A model generated the notes under the pieces. It worked only from the letters and a program-made list of their open reading frames with translations, made no database searches and was not told the DNA's origin. A stretch of DNA of 64,000 bases from assembly GCA_964016885.1 (NCBI GenBank), contig OZ024747.1, forward strand, positions 92,690,001-92,754,000, in the 5' to 3' direction. A program made the position numbers and the translations under genes. This stretch comes from Eledone cirrhosa (taxonomy: Eukaryota). Within the stretch, counting starts at the first letter, position 1, and each line of letters starts with the position of its first letter. Shown here piece by piece: positions 1-13,500 of this stretch.

Positions 1-36
1 GTATGTATATGTATGTATATGTATGTATATATTTAT

Positions 37-560
37 GTCAGGTCGCTCTTCAGCGCTACTGGTAACATGTAACCCAGAACAACCTGTGCATGGTTAGGTC
101 ATCGCTGACTAAACTGGCAACACCACCAAGCTTGCTTGGTGAGGAGGGTGAATTTGGACACCTTGCGAGATGAAAAACAAAACCTGTCAAAGGGCAGAGG
201 AACTCAGGAGAGTCAATGGCCATCCAATAAAGAATTTTTTTGTCTTGTGGAATGAGAGACTTCTATTCTTCATTAAGACATCTCTCTAGGAGAAGGTCAC
301 TCTGTTATAAAACCTACACATTTATTTGCATCCAATGATGTAGACCAGTTCTTTTAGGGCAAATCTATATGATGTTCAGAGAGTAGGATTGGCCCTGGGA
401 AAAGCCTTTCCTCACTTAAAAAAGTTTCAAGCACAGGTATCGCTTGACATGTGACTTTTTTTGTGGTGCATGGCATTGCCAGCTATAGGCAAGTCTCTAG
501 CAGAACTAAAAGGTCATGTCCATGATGCTCATGCTTAAGTATCAAGTGATGGCGTTACTC
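37..560. mobile_element. Decayed interspersed repeat, possibly a LINE 5' region
   Basis: Higher-complexity, higher-GC block between microsatellites. No ORF, and the family is not confirmed. Confidence 0.3.
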
Positions 561-592
561 AAAATCGAATTGCAACCATCATATTTCATATT

Positions 593-646
<54 letters not shown>

Positions 647-2443
647 ATATATATATATATATTTGGTATCCCTGAAATATGTATAATGAAATAAATATGG
701 TTTTATAAATATAGTTTCCATTTATTTAATATCGTATATATATATATATATACATACATATATATATATGTGAGTGTGCGTCTTCCATTAATATTATGCC
801 CTATAGTGTAGTGGCTTGGTAAGCATCAGTGATATATAACATACAAAATAAAGTTGGTTAGCAACAAGAAGGGCATCTGGTCACGCAACTACTGCCTTAA
901 AAAACCTTTTCAAACCTATGCCTCAGTCTGGGAATTGAACTCACAACCTCACAATTGTAAATCCAACTCTCTAACTACTAAGCCTTTACTGTAACATAAC
1001 TTAAATAAAAGTTCTTATGTAAAATTATATATGAACCCTTTAAAATGGGTGGTTTTATTTCATAGATCCAGAAGAGGTTGGGGTGGATTGATATGAAAAG
1101 GGTTGAATATTAACTATCAGCAACTGCATTAATTTGATCATATTTTCAATTGCATTCTGAAAAATGTATCTGCAATGACTCCATTAAGAAAAATGAAAAC
1201 TTGGTTATACAAATGACAACCAAAGCTGTTTTAATAGAAATGCATCTCCCACATATATTCTAATATAGGAATTTATGGTAACTAATTTCCAAAGTTTTAC
1301 CTTCTACAAATTATATTAAAATAATTAGTATAACAATGATGTGCTTTGTTTGCATAATCCTTTAAAATTTCATTAAATGTTTCTCGAAAAATATCAGAGG
1401 AAAATATTTATTTTCATAAAAATATATTTCTTTAAATAAAAACTTCTAGAAGTTTCTGTGCTTGTAAATTGACAGAAAAAAAAGAGATTATGTGTGAAAC
1501 CATTAATATGGAAATGAATAAAATATATAACAGGGGAAACAAACTAAAAAAACTTGTGAACAAGCTATTTCCTTGGGGTCTGAAGTCTGTCATTTTAAAA
1601 GGTCTGGTATTTTAAAAAATGCATGCAACTAAGAGAAATAGTTATAGAGCTTAAATAGCTAAAATAGTATGGTAGAAACAGAGCAGAGCTCTATAACTTG
1701 ATAAAAGATTTCAAATATTATAACATGATATAACCAACATTAGTTTGTTGTCTTCCTACTTAATTCTAAGTGGTCAAACTCAAATGTGCACCAAAATATT
1801 AAAAAACAAATTGTGAAAGCTAAAAAACAATGTATGTTGTAATACTTTTAATACATTAAATAATTATGACTATTAATGGGAAAATATTCTGAAGCTGAAT
1901 AGTTTGTATAATAATTGAAAATAAATACATTTTTTTGTTTTTTTTTGTTACCTTCTTCTCAATCCCTCTTTTCTTGAGAAAACTTAAAGGATGAAGGTAC
2001 TTGAAGTAAAGTACATTGATAAGATTATGTACACATACTTATGAGACATTGTGGTTGGTATTAAGAACATTACTAGAATAATGGAACACACTTCTTCATT
2101 CAGTTCTGATGGACTTGATGAATATAGAGACACATTAAATTACATTTTTTTTTATTGTATTCTTTTTTAGGTTAGAAAGTGTTTTACTTATGTTATTTCA
2201 TTTGTCCTCAAGAGAATTTTGAGATTTAGAATATTATCACAAACAAGCCATTTTTTTTTTTTTTTTTTTTGTAGGAAAAGTATTTTAATTTGATACAGTT
2301 ATTAAGTTCAGAATCATATGACTTACAAAATATGTTGTTGGGTCTCCATCAATTCTGTTGATGATAGTCTCCATTGTTTGATCAATGGGACAGCCTGCTC
2401 ATAAAATTAAGATGCCAAGTGGCTGAGAATATCTCAAGGAAAT

Positions 2444-2653
2444 TTATCCCTTTAGCATTTAAACTGGCTGTATCCAGCCAGAATTCTCTCACTTCTTTCT
2501 ATTCAAACCGGCCATAACTGGCCACTCATACTGATGTTAAGGTATTGGTTTCAAAATAAATGACATCAAAATCTCACAGGTTCAATATTATGTGAGGTAG
2601 TTATGTGAGGATAAACCTTTACTTTGAAAATACAATAGTAAATATAGAGTAAT
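2444..2653 (+). mobile_element. piggyBac-type MITE family M1, diverged and lacking its right end
   Basis: Matches the M1 body (ccctttagcatttaaac...aatacaatagtaaatatagagtaa). Confidence 0.75.
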
Positions 2654-2920
2654 CATCATCATCATCACCGTTTTACGTCCGTTCTTCCACACTAACATGG
2701 GTTAGACGGGTTGTCCTGTTGTGGGCAGTGTCCAGTCGGCTGACAATGTCTTGCTCATACAGAACTGATTTTAGCTCAGTTTCTACAGCTGGATGTCCTT
2801 CCTAACACCAACCTTATTTACAGTGAGTACTGGGTACTTTTTTACTGTGGCGCCTACACGACCACTTTACAGTGTGGACTGGGTGCTTTTTGTTGTAACA
2901 CCTACATGACCACTATACAG
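2653..2920 (-). mobile_element. Fragment of RTE-tailed SINE with (GAT)n tail
   Basis: (cat)n followed by ttttacgtccgttcttccacactaacatgggttagacgg and tttctacagctggatgtccttcctaacaccaacc, like 57094-57590. Confidence 0.7.
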
Positions 2921-3212
2921 CGGGAGAAGTGTGGGAGCATATTGTCTATATCTTCAGCTGCGGCTTGTACCATGGGAACTCAGGTCTTCTGTATTACTGT
3001 GTAACGCCAGAGGTCTCAGTCCTAGGAATGAAACCCATGACAAAACACCCGAATAGATAAGTTTAAAAACTATGAACTCATTAAAAAAAAGCTTGTATTT
3101 TATTTCCCAACCAAAATATCAAAGAATTGCCATTGATTAAATAAGACAATAATATAAGTGTTAAGATAATTAAATAGAACTAACTACTTATCCTAAATGA
3201 GAAATAGTTTAA

Positions 3213-3420
3213 TCTTCTTCGCCCACTATTTCTGAGAGGTGTCGTGGGGGCAGCGTCCTCAAACACTCCTTCCAGTGGGTCCAGTCAGTAGCAACCTTCT
3301 CCAACTGATCTAGCTGAATCCCCAGCATGAACAGCCAAGCTCATGGATGTTATCCAACCATCTTGCTTGGGGTCTACCCCTGGGTCTCTTGCCAGTTGAT
3401 TTTGCTTGTAAAATCTGTAA
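3213..3420 (-). mobile_element. RTE-like LINE 3' fragment
   Basis: Minus strand reads QILQAKSTGKRPRGRPQARWLDNIHEL, an RTE C-terminal RGRP..RW.D motif. A second copy lies at 56090-56300. Confidence 0.7.
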
Positions 3421-3637
3421 ATAGTTTAATATATTAATTGTGTTATAAATAGTTTAATAACAAAATTAAAATAAATATTTCATAAAATTACACAAAGGAC
3501 GCGAAAATCAGTATTGCCTGTATTTTGTTCAGAAAGCTATTAGAAAAATTACTTAACAGCCAAATGAAATAAACTTTGTTTTTTTAATTCAGCAACTATT
3601 AATAAAACCCACTAAAACTATGGAGTAATCTTGTGAA

Positions 3638-4011
3638 TTAACCCTTTTGATATAAACACTTCTGAAACATTCACTGGTTCTACAATATAAAACTGTTTGT
3701 TTTAAAGTCCTTATACTTATCTATCTATTTATTTTGAGAACAATACCTTAACATCAGTATGAGTGGCCAGTTATGATCGGTTTGAAAAGAAAGAGGTGAG
3801 CGAATTTAGTCCAGATACGGGTGGTTGGTACAAAAAGAGGTGAGAGAATTCTGACCAGATACAGACAGTTTAAATGCTAAAGGGTTAATAATGCTTAATA
3901 ATGAGAAAGTTAGTTATTTTAATAAATCACTCAATTTCTTAATTATTTTCAAAATCATTCAAAACCTATAAGCAGTGTCTTTTGATAGAAATATGTTAAT
4001 GAAAGGGTTAA
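3638..4011. mobile_element. piggyBac-type MITE M2 with a nested M1 fragment (~3728-3887)
   Basis: Termini TTAAccctttt...gaaagggTTAA. The inner segment is reverse-oriented M1 ending aaatgctaaagggTTAA. Confidence 0.65.
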
Positions 4012-5144
4012 GCTAAATAAACATTATAATAACATATTATATTCAACAAAAATGTAAATAAAAACAATTTCAGAATATTTGTAATGATGAGCTGTTAGCA
4101 GAAATTAATATGAATGTTAGAAGACTAACAAAAGATTTCAAATTTTTTCAAGGAAAATAAATTATAAAAGTTCAAAATAATCTTTTTCTGTATGAAACAA
4201 ATGATAACAAGAGAAAACTTGTAATCAGATTATTGAATAATTCTATAATATATTCCACATTTGAGCATTAAATATTTTGTAGACAATAAATATCAGTGGA
4301 TGAGAGTGTTAACTTGTTCTCTAACATTCCAGTATGCTTGGTGATAATACTTTACCAACTAGTCCCATAAATTTGATTTATCCTTCAGCAACCCTGATTT
4401 CTATTTTTGTCAGGAGCAGAGTTATCTTTTGTATCATTTGATTAATCAAACAAGAGAAACAGATTCAAAATCAATGAAGATTTATAATAAATCTCATCTG
4501 TAAAATACCAATTTTTTTATTTTTTTATTTTATTTTATTTTTTTTTTTTACTTTTTTCTGTTTTCTCACTGAAATATGATTCTAAAATTCTGAAACTTAT
4601 AACAAAAGATAAAGGTAAATCAGCTTGAAAAATTCTGCAGCAATAACAACAATACCAACATCTGCATCACACAACACGGGTCTTTAAGCTATGGCAAAGT
4701 TTGGGTTAAAGGAGAATGAAAATAGAAGAGAAAAATATCTAAGATAAAAATCTCTAAAATAAAAATATCTAAATGTTTTAACAGAATTTGTGGAATAAGA
4801 TTAAAATAGATTTGAGCAGAATAAAAAAAAATTACAAATAATAATAAAAAATAATAATAATAATAAAATAAAACAAAGTAATTCTTTACTGAATATCTGA
4901 TATCAGGAAACAGTATTTAGGTTCTGACATTGAAAGGGTGCTAAAAAAAAAAGACAAAAAAAAAGACAGGCTTATATATAAAAACAAAAGAATATAGCAA
5001 AAGAAAATAAATCCAAAAGGATTGAAGATTTGATTTGTATTTAGTTTAGCCATCTGAAATATTAAGTTTAGTCACTTGAAACAGAGACACTTTTTTAAAA
5101 ACTGTTGCTTGGATAGTAACATAAATGTTTATAACTAATCTATA

Positions 5145-5462
5145 TGTATACACACACACACACACATATATATATACATACACACACACATGCACATATA
5201 TATATATATATATATACATACACACAAATATATATATACATGCACACACACACATATATATACATACACACAGACATATATGCACACACACATATATATA
5301 CATACACACACACACACATATATATACATACACACACAAACACACAAATATGTATATAATTATATATATATGTGTATATATATTATATATGAATATATAT
5401 ATGTATATATAAATGATACATACATACACACACATACATATATACACACACATATATATATA
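5145..5462. repeat. (CA)n/(TA)n compound microsatellite
   Basis: Direct reading. It is the source of spurious ORFs. Confidence 0.97.
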
Positions 5463-5509
5463 CTAATAATAAAAGGGATGATTTGTTAGGTTTTCATTAC
5501 ATTTATTGA

Positions 5510-5598
5510 GTAGTGACATGTGTTTCACTATTGACCAGCTCAATGTTTGATCTGTAACGATCTGGCCCAACTCTGGAATCAAAAGCTCATCAGACTTC
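5510..5598 (-). ncRNA. Type I hammerhead ribozyme motif, Penelope-like-element associated
   Basis: Minus strand: gaagt-CTGATGA-gct t ttga tt ccag...ctgg tcaa t agt-GAAAC-acat-GTC-actac, followed by aataaa. All core nucleotides are present with stems I, II and III and a GUC cleavage triplet. Confidence 0.7.
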
Positions 5599-5771
5599 TG
5601 TTATGGTAATGATGCATTGAGTGCTCACTCTGGTGAACCTACAGTAACTGGATGTTACAATCCCTAATATATATATATATATATAGTAATAATAATAAAT
5701 TTGAGGACTAAAGTCCAAAGAGGGCTCGATAAGGATAAATATATATCAAATATATAAGAACCGTAGAGCAA

Positions 5772-5892
5772 ATATTTATTAAAATAACAGATTAAAGTTT
5801 AAGCAAAGAATCGGTGCTTTCACCCTTCATATCTACAAGGGTGAAAGCAGCGATTCTTTGCTTAAACTTTAATCTGTTATTTTAATAAATAT
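5772..5892. repeat. Fold-back palindrome, ~56-bp arms with a 9-nt loop
   Basis: Arms 5772-5827 and 5837-5892 with one mismatch, abutting (TA)n. Confidence 0.95.
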
Positions 5893-5911
5893 ATATATAT
5901 ATATATATATA

Positions 5912-6182
5912 TCATCATCATCATCATCATCATTTTACGTCCGCTTTTCCCTGCTTGCAAGGGTGGGACGGGAACTGATTCTGGCTTGATTTCTACAGCT
6001 GGATGCCCTTCCTAACACCAACCTCATTTACAGTGAGTGCTGGGTGTTTTTTTGCCGTGGCACCTCCACGACCACTTCACAGTGGAATGATAGGGACCCC
6101 AGTCCCTATCATCTCATTTCTACAGCTGAGTAAACTGGAGCAATGTGAAATAAAGTGTCTTACTCAAGGAAACAACACATCA
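5912..6182 (-). mobile_element. CORE-like SINE with RTE tail (S3), head truncated
   Basis: Near-identical to 57094-57512, with a (GAT)n tail. Confidence 0.85.
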
Positions 6183-6191
6183 TATATATAT

Positions 6192-6225
<34 letters not shown>

Positions 6226-6313
6226 ACGTTTAACGTCCGTGTTCCACGCTTGCATGGGTTTGGACGGGGGTAGTCCCACTTGAGGCAAGAGTGATTGTCT
6301 TGCTCGCATAGGA

Positions 6314-6875
<562 letters not shown>

Positions 6876-6878
<3 letters not shown>

Positions 6879-7069
6879 ATCACGAAAGAAGAGTGACGGT
6901 TTGCTATACAAAAAAGGTTTTTAATCTCATTGCTGACAATTGTTTCTCTGAACTGGTAGGTCTAGAGATCGCTATCTGCTTATTTTCACGTTACTCGATC
7001 GCCAATACAAAGTTTTTATTAAAAACCTTTTTTGTATAGCAAAGCGTGTCACTCTTCTTTCCTGATTTA
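6876..7069. repeat. Inverted repeat with ~50-bp arms enclosing a hammerhead 3' half
   Basis: Arms 6876-6925 and 7018-7069. The spacer has minus-strand GAAAC-AATT-GTC at 6935-6946. Confidence 0.85.
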
Positions 7070-7294
7070 TTATTACTCCAAGTGTTTACAACATAGGAAT
7101 TACAGCTTACTCGCAGCATCACTATGGAAACGCCTTGTTGAGTCAAACTTAGGCAAGCGTTGATATCATCCACTACCCGGAGTACCATAACTGAACTACA
7201 CCTAAGTGGACTACATATAACAATAATTTGTTACCCCGTATATATATATATATATATACATACACTTACACAGACACATATATATATGTAAATA

Positions 7295-8260
7295 ATTGTA
7301 ATGGTTACAATTATATCTGCTTATGTGCCTCAATATGGGTAGTCATACGAACTAAAAGATAGGTTTTACAAATCTTTAATGTACCTTACTACCCTAAAGA
7401 ATGACAGTGACTTACATTGCAGGGGACTTTAATGGATACATTGGACAACATTGTGATGGCTTCTACAGAGTCCATGGAGGCTACGGGTTTGGCACAAGAA
7501 ACAAAGAAAGTTTCAGTCTTCTAGAATCCTACAACGCCAATGATCTATCTATATGCAACACAAACTTCAAAATGGGAGAATTAGAGAAGAAATTCCAAAT
7601 CTGGAAACATGTCCTAGAATCAAAGGGTCTTAAAATCAATCTGACAAAGACTAAGGTCCTAGTAAGTAGAAAGAAAATGTAGTGGAATCTCAGGTAGGTT
7701 AGCTAAGAATGTAGGTTTTACATATGGCACAGAAGCAGTAAGCAATAAAACGTGGGTGAGCAAATGGTCAGTGGAAATGGGTGTACCGAAAGTACAGTAG
7801 CAAGAGTGAGAACAAAAGGCTCCTCCCTCAAAATGAAGGGCAGATAGTATGAGGCATGCATATGAACTGCAATGCTGCATGGCAGTGAGACATGGGCACT
7901 GTGTGCAGAGGACTTATGTAGATTGGAAAGAAATGAAGTGTGAATGCTTCAATGGATGTGTAATAGTAATATACATGAATTGAAATGCATAAATGAACTG
8001 AGAAGCTGGGCATAAGAGGGATCAGACGCAGTGTGAAATGTGTTAGTATAGACATGTAATGCATATGAAGGTTGACAGCTGTATAAAAAGGTGCAGAGCA
8101 CTCAAAGTTAATTGAAACTATGGAGTAGTAAGACCTAGAAAGACCTGGGATGAAGTGACAAAAGCTGGCTTTGGGCAATTGCTCCGCTCAAAGATGATGT
8201 CACAGGACTGAGATCTCTGATCTTATGCAGTAATAGAGAAGACTCGCTCTTCTTCTGTGC
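7295..8260 (+). mobile_element. Decayed RTE LINE fragments (APE endonuclease piece plus C-terminal pieces)
   Basis: tctgcttatgtgcctcaa (SAYVPQ), YIAGDFNGYIG, GGYGFGTRN and ESKGLKINLTKTKVL, with internal deletions. Confidence 0.8.
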
Positions 8261-8559
8261 ATGAGTTGAAGCATATATCAAGTATGTACCACCTTCACCT
8301 AGCATGTCCTAACGCCCCACCCACACCCTAACATTGCACCCCTCACTCACAACCCTAGATCTACCTACCCATTCCCCATGCACCTCCCCCATACAAGTCT
8401 CCAGCCCATACTGTAAAGTAGTTGTTTTGGTGCTAGGAGTGGTCATGTCACAGCAAAAGGCGGCCAGCCCAATTTGTAAAGTTGCCATGTAAGTGTCATG
8501 ACAAAAAGCACCCAGTGAATTTTATCATGATTCTGGCACCACCTCCTTATCTCTCTCTT

Positions 8560-8590
<31 letters not shown>

Positions 8591-8709
8591 TTATTTCACA
8601 AAAATACACATGAAAAGAAATTAAATGCATGGAACTAATGAACAAAAGCATTTATCTTCCTATCTCTTTTTCTCTCTAAATATATATATATATATGTACA
8701 TATATAAAT

Positions 8710-8749
<40 letters not shown>

Positions 8750-9433
8750 ACACACACACACACGCACACACACGCACACACATATGTATATATGAAAATA
8801 TATGATATTTGTGGGTTGTGAAGATAAGTCATGCTGTTTTTACATCATATTTTTGTAGTAAAAAGTTGCAACACAAGAATATACATAAAATGGCTGACTT
8901 GAACAACCACCCAGAAATTTAGCAGCCAGTATTTTCTTTCTGTCTATGATTGCATTGTTTTCTTTCCACTCTGCTATTTCCATAGAAGTGGCATAACAAG
9001 GGTTCTCGGTGCCTGGGGTAAATACTCTTTTGGCACCCATACCTTAATTAACAGGCATGTAAAGCCAGAGGCAATTTTGTTCCTCTTCGTACCTGTGTAA
9101 AGAAACGGCTGTCTCACCGCACACCTCTTTGCTATGCCTCTGAGCTATAGACCGTATTATTTTCTTATAATGAACATATCCTTTTGAACACTAATTCCAC
9201 GCCTTTTTTTTTAATCTAGAAACAGTTAACTTTAATCTAAACTTCCTCTTTCTTTGACCAAAATACAAAATTCTATTTGAAATCTAAATATTTCACCTTT
9301 TTTTCCATGCACAACTTAACCCGTTTGCAACCACACTTCCAATGAAATATACTATTCATGTGTTTCAATTAATATTTTAGAAAAATAAAATATTCAGGCT
9401 TTTTAAAAACAATAATTTCTAATATTACATTAA

Positions 9434-9705
9434 GGCGGTGATTTAACAAAGTCGTTAAGACGTTGGATAGGATGTGTTACGGTATTTGTCCCACGTCATT
9501 GCATGCTCTGATTTCAGATCCTGCTGTGGTCAACTTTGAGGTCGATAAAAAAAGTACCAGTCCAGTCCTGGGGTTGATTCTTCCTCTGTAGAAAAAATCA
9601 GTTATGTTCAGACCTGGAGAGGGTTGGATTCCGCCAGGTTTAAAAGTGCCCTAGACACACCATATGACGGTGCCTCTATGACTCCACAAGGAGTTATGGG
9701 ATCTT
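9434..9705 (+). mobile_element. Diverged S1-core SINE with the alternative tail, nested in an M2-like MITE (~9316-9850)
   Basis: gtcgataaaaaaagtaccag core, then ggggttgattcttcctct...ggagttatgggatc as in 56564-56890. Confidence 0.6.
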
Positions 9706-9867
9706 TATCTTTTTATCATATTACATTGGTTTTTATAATACCCAAATAAAAATATCTTACTAAGCTAGATTTAAATATAAATACACAAAGAGAGATGTTT
9801 TGGGTTTTTTTGTTATCATAGAACCAGAGTGGTTGGCATCAAAAGGGTAGACCTTTTTCTTTTTCGT

Positions 9868-10583
9868 CAGTTGTTAGAATCTCTGTGTGTTGTTAGGATC
9901 TTTCTGTGTTGTTAGGTTCTTTCTGTGTTGTTAGGATCTTTGTCTGTTGTTAGGATTTTCCTGTGTTGTTTTGATCTCTGTGTTGTTAAGATCTACTGTG
10001 TTGTTAGGATCTTTGTCTGTTGTTAGGATCTTTGTGTGTTGTTCGGATCTTTCTGTGTTGTTAGGCTCTTTGTCTGTTGTTAGGATCTTTGAGTGTTGTT
10101 AAGATCTTTTGGTGTTGTTAGGATCTTTGTCTGTTGTTAGGATCTTCCTGTGTTGTTTTGATCTCTGTGTTGTTAAGATCTACTGTGTTGTTAGGATCTT
10201 TGTCTGTTGTTAGGATCTTTGTGTGTTGTTCAGATCTTTCTGTGTTGTTAGGCTCTTTGTCTGTTGTTAGGATCTTTGAGTGTTGTTAAGATCTTTTGGT
10301 GTTGTTAGGATCTTTGTCTGTTGTTAGGATCTTTCTGTGTGTTGTGAGGATCTTCCTGTGTTGTTAGGATCCTTCTGTGTTGTTAGGATCTTTCTGTGTT
10401 GTTAAGATTTTTCTGTGTTGTTAGGATCTTTCTGTGATGTTAGGATCTCTGTGTGTTGTTAGGATCTTTGTCTGTTGTTAGGATCTTTCTGTGTGTTGTG
10501 AGGATCTTCCTGTGTTGTTAGGATCCTTCTGTGTTGTTAGGATCTCTGTGTGTTGTTAGGATCTTTGTCTGTTGTTAGGGTCT
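9868..10583. repeat. ~21-bp minisatellite (gttgttaggatctttctgtgt-like) with a 187-bp higher-order duplication
   Basis: About 33 tandem units. The variant ttgatctctg recurs at 9971 and 10158. Confidence 0.95.
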
Positions 10584-10802
10584 TTTTGTTTTATAATAAA
10601 CTTTATAAACTCCTGAAGACAGTTTTTCCATTGTTATAATACCTAACACTCTGATCAACTGAAACTGTATCTAAGCAATATGAAATTAAAATTAAAATTA
10701 ACATTTTAATTTAATTATTTTCTTTTGTAATTTTCTCATTTTATTTTTTCACCTAACTCACTATTTTTATTATTTTTTTTACTCCAGCTTCCCTTTTCTC
10801 GT

Positions 10803-10805
<3 letters not shown>

Positions 10806-10877
<72 letters not shown>

Positions 10878-11050
10878 TTCTCTCTATCTATCTATCTATC
10901 TGTCTACTTCTCTCTATCTTTCTCCCCTCTCCCCCTCTCTCTCTATCTATCTATCTTTCTCCCTCTCTCTCTCCCTCCTCCCCTCTCTCTCCTCTCTCTC
11001 CCTCTTCCCCCTCTCTCTGTCCTCTATCTCCCTCCCCCCTCTCTCCTCCC
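10806..11050. repeat. (CT)n/(CTAT)n pyrimidine tract
   Basis: Direct reading. Confidence 0.95.
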
Positions 11051-11367
11051 AATACACAGATGATCCAGAAAAAAAACAAAAAATAAGTTAATTAGGAATA
11101 ATCATTTGTAAAAATAAAACCTTCCACATTCATCTTTTCTTTACTTTTTACCATTAAGTATGTGTAAAAAAAAATATTTTTATTTCAAAGTGTAAAAATG
11201 AAAACATAATTTTATGTCCGTGAGTATTTATGAAAGTTTTTCATAAATATATAAAATACATAAGAAAAAAAGCCCAATTACTCAATTTTTCATTAGATGT
11301 TGTACAGTGTACTGAAATTAAAATGGATATTTATAAATCAATAATTTCTGTTGGTTGTTTCTTTTGG

Positions 11368-11377
11368 TGTGTGTGAA

Positions 11378-11426
<49 letters not shown>

Positions 11427-11728
11427 GTGTACGTGTGTCTGGTGTGTGAGTGTGTTTATGTGTGTGCGTGTGTCTGTGTATGCGTGTGTGTTTGTATGTA
11501 TATGTGCGTATGTGTGTTTGTGTGCGTGAGAAAGTGTGTGGGTGTTTGTATGTGTGTCAGTGTGTGTGTGTGTGTATGTATATATGTGTGTGTGCATGTG
11601 TATGTGTGTGTGGGGGGGTATATGTGTGTGTGTGTGTGTGTGTGTGTTTGTGTGTGTATGTGTGTTTGCGTTTGTGTTTGTGAGTGTATGTGTGTGCGTT
11701 TGTGCGTGTATGTGTGTCAGTATGTATG

Positions 11729-11761
<33 letters not shown>

Positions 11762-11803
11762 ATGTGTCTGTCTGTGTTTGTGTGTGTATGTATGTGTGTG
11801 TGT
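11368..11803. repeat. Degenerate (GT)n microsatellite
   Basis: Direct reading. Confidence 0.95.
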
Positions 11804-11976
11804 AAAACTTGAGGAAGTATTTAGTCACGATTAATTAAGAACCACTAGGACTCCTCCCCTTCATCATTGTCATCAACAACAAAGCTTTTTATGTCTGTTT
11901 TTCCTTGTTGACAGTAGTTACTTAGATGAACCTAGTAATCTCCACAGTATACTCTTCATTAATGTTTCATACCTAG

Positions 11977-11977
<1 letters not shown>

Positions 11978-12027
<50 letters not shown>

Positions 12028-12196
12028 GTCTGTCTGTCTGTCTGTCTGTATGTCTGTCTCTCTCTCTCTCTATCTATCTCTCTCTCTCTATCTATCTATC
12101 TGTCTGTCTGTCTGTCTCTCTGTCTGTCTCTCTCTCGCTATCTATCTACCTATCTATCTATCTCTCTATCTCTCTCTATATATATCTATCTATCTC

Positions 12197-12230
<34 letters not shown>

Positions 12231-12764
12231 GCGCAGTCTTTCACTCTTTTGCTCTTTTTATCTGATTACATTACAGTTTTTTCTAACTGATGTGTATGTA
12301 TGTATGTATGTGTTTATGAATGTATGTATGTATGTATTTACATATATGTGTATGTATGTATGTATGTATGTTTATGTTTGTATGTATGTATGTATTTACA
12401 TATGTTTGTATGTATGTATGTATGTTTGTTTATGTTTGTATGTATGTATTTACATATGTTTGTATGTATGTTTGTATGTATGTATTTACATATGTTTGTA
12501 TGTATGTATGTATGTTTATGTTTGTATGGATGTATTTACATATGTTTGTATGTATGTATGTATGTATGTTTGTATGTTTGTATGTATGTATTTACATATG
12601 TTTGTATGTATGTATGTATGTATGTATGTATGTATGTATGTATGTATGTATGCTTGTATGTATGTATGAATGTATGTACGTATGTATGTGTGTATGCATT
12701 TATGTACATATTTATGTATGTTTGGCAGCGCAATTGGGATTTTACATCTCCCTCTCTCTCTCTC

Positions 12765-12805
<41 letters not shown>
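11978..12805. repeat. Compound (CT)n/(CTAT)n/(CTGT)n, then (TATG)n with a recurring tatttacatatgtttg unit
   Basis: Direct reading. Confidence 0.93.
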
Positions 12806-12807
<2 letters not shown>

Positions 12808-13500
12808 TCCTTATAGCCAAATCCATAAAAGAACTAGAAAATAAGTTCTGACTAAGGAAACAGAATTTGGAATCAAAAGGTCTGAGGGTAAACTAAACCA
12901 AACCTAAAGTGTTAGTGAATAGGAAAGAAGATAGGACCTTGATCTCCTCAGGGAAGTGGCCCTGCTCAATATGTAGAAAAGGAGTAATTGAGGGAAAGAG
13001 CATCAGTGGCATGAACCTCTTCAAGTTACAGGAAGGATCTTTAGAAGTAGTTGATAGCTTCTGCTATCAAGGTGACATAATTAGCAATGGAAGCGGATGC
13101 TCAGAGACCATAATAGCTAGAATAAGGATAGGATGGAAGTTTAGAGGGTGACTCCCACTATTGACAACAAAAGGTTGGATGAACTGTGGGAGAAACTGGG
13201 TTTAAGAAGAATCTGAGGCGGTGTGCAGGAGAGAAGATTGCATTAGTACGGTCATGTGATGTGCATGGATGGTGACCAATGGGTGAAGAATTGCCAGGAA
13301 ATGCCAGCAGAAGGAGATTGCAGTAGAGGTGGACCAAGAAAGACCTGGACAGAGGTGGTGAGAGCAGACCTCAGATCGCTGAGACTCACAGAGATGATGA
13401 AGGAATGTGGTGAGTGGAATGATGTTGTGATGAGAAGGACCTGTCCAACCCATGCTAGCATGGAAGAACTGACATAAAAATGATGATGATGATGATGATG
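12806..13500 (+). mobile_element. RTE LINE 3' portion, decayed, with (GAT)n tail
   Basis: SGKWPCSICRKGV, LEVVDSFCYQGD, RIRIGW and RGGPRKTWTEVV, ending in catgctagcatggaag...(gat)n. Confidence 0.85.

Noticed and set aside
1945-4945. Possible minus-strand host exons (donor-like site near 1952, acceptor-like sites near 4499 and 4942)
   Set aside because: Short frames with stops and no recognisable protein. RNA evidence would be needed.
9868-10583. CRISPR-like periodicity (also 57213-57420 and the SINE arrays)
   Set aside because: Contiguous tandem units without unique spacers, no cas genes, and a eukaryotic context.
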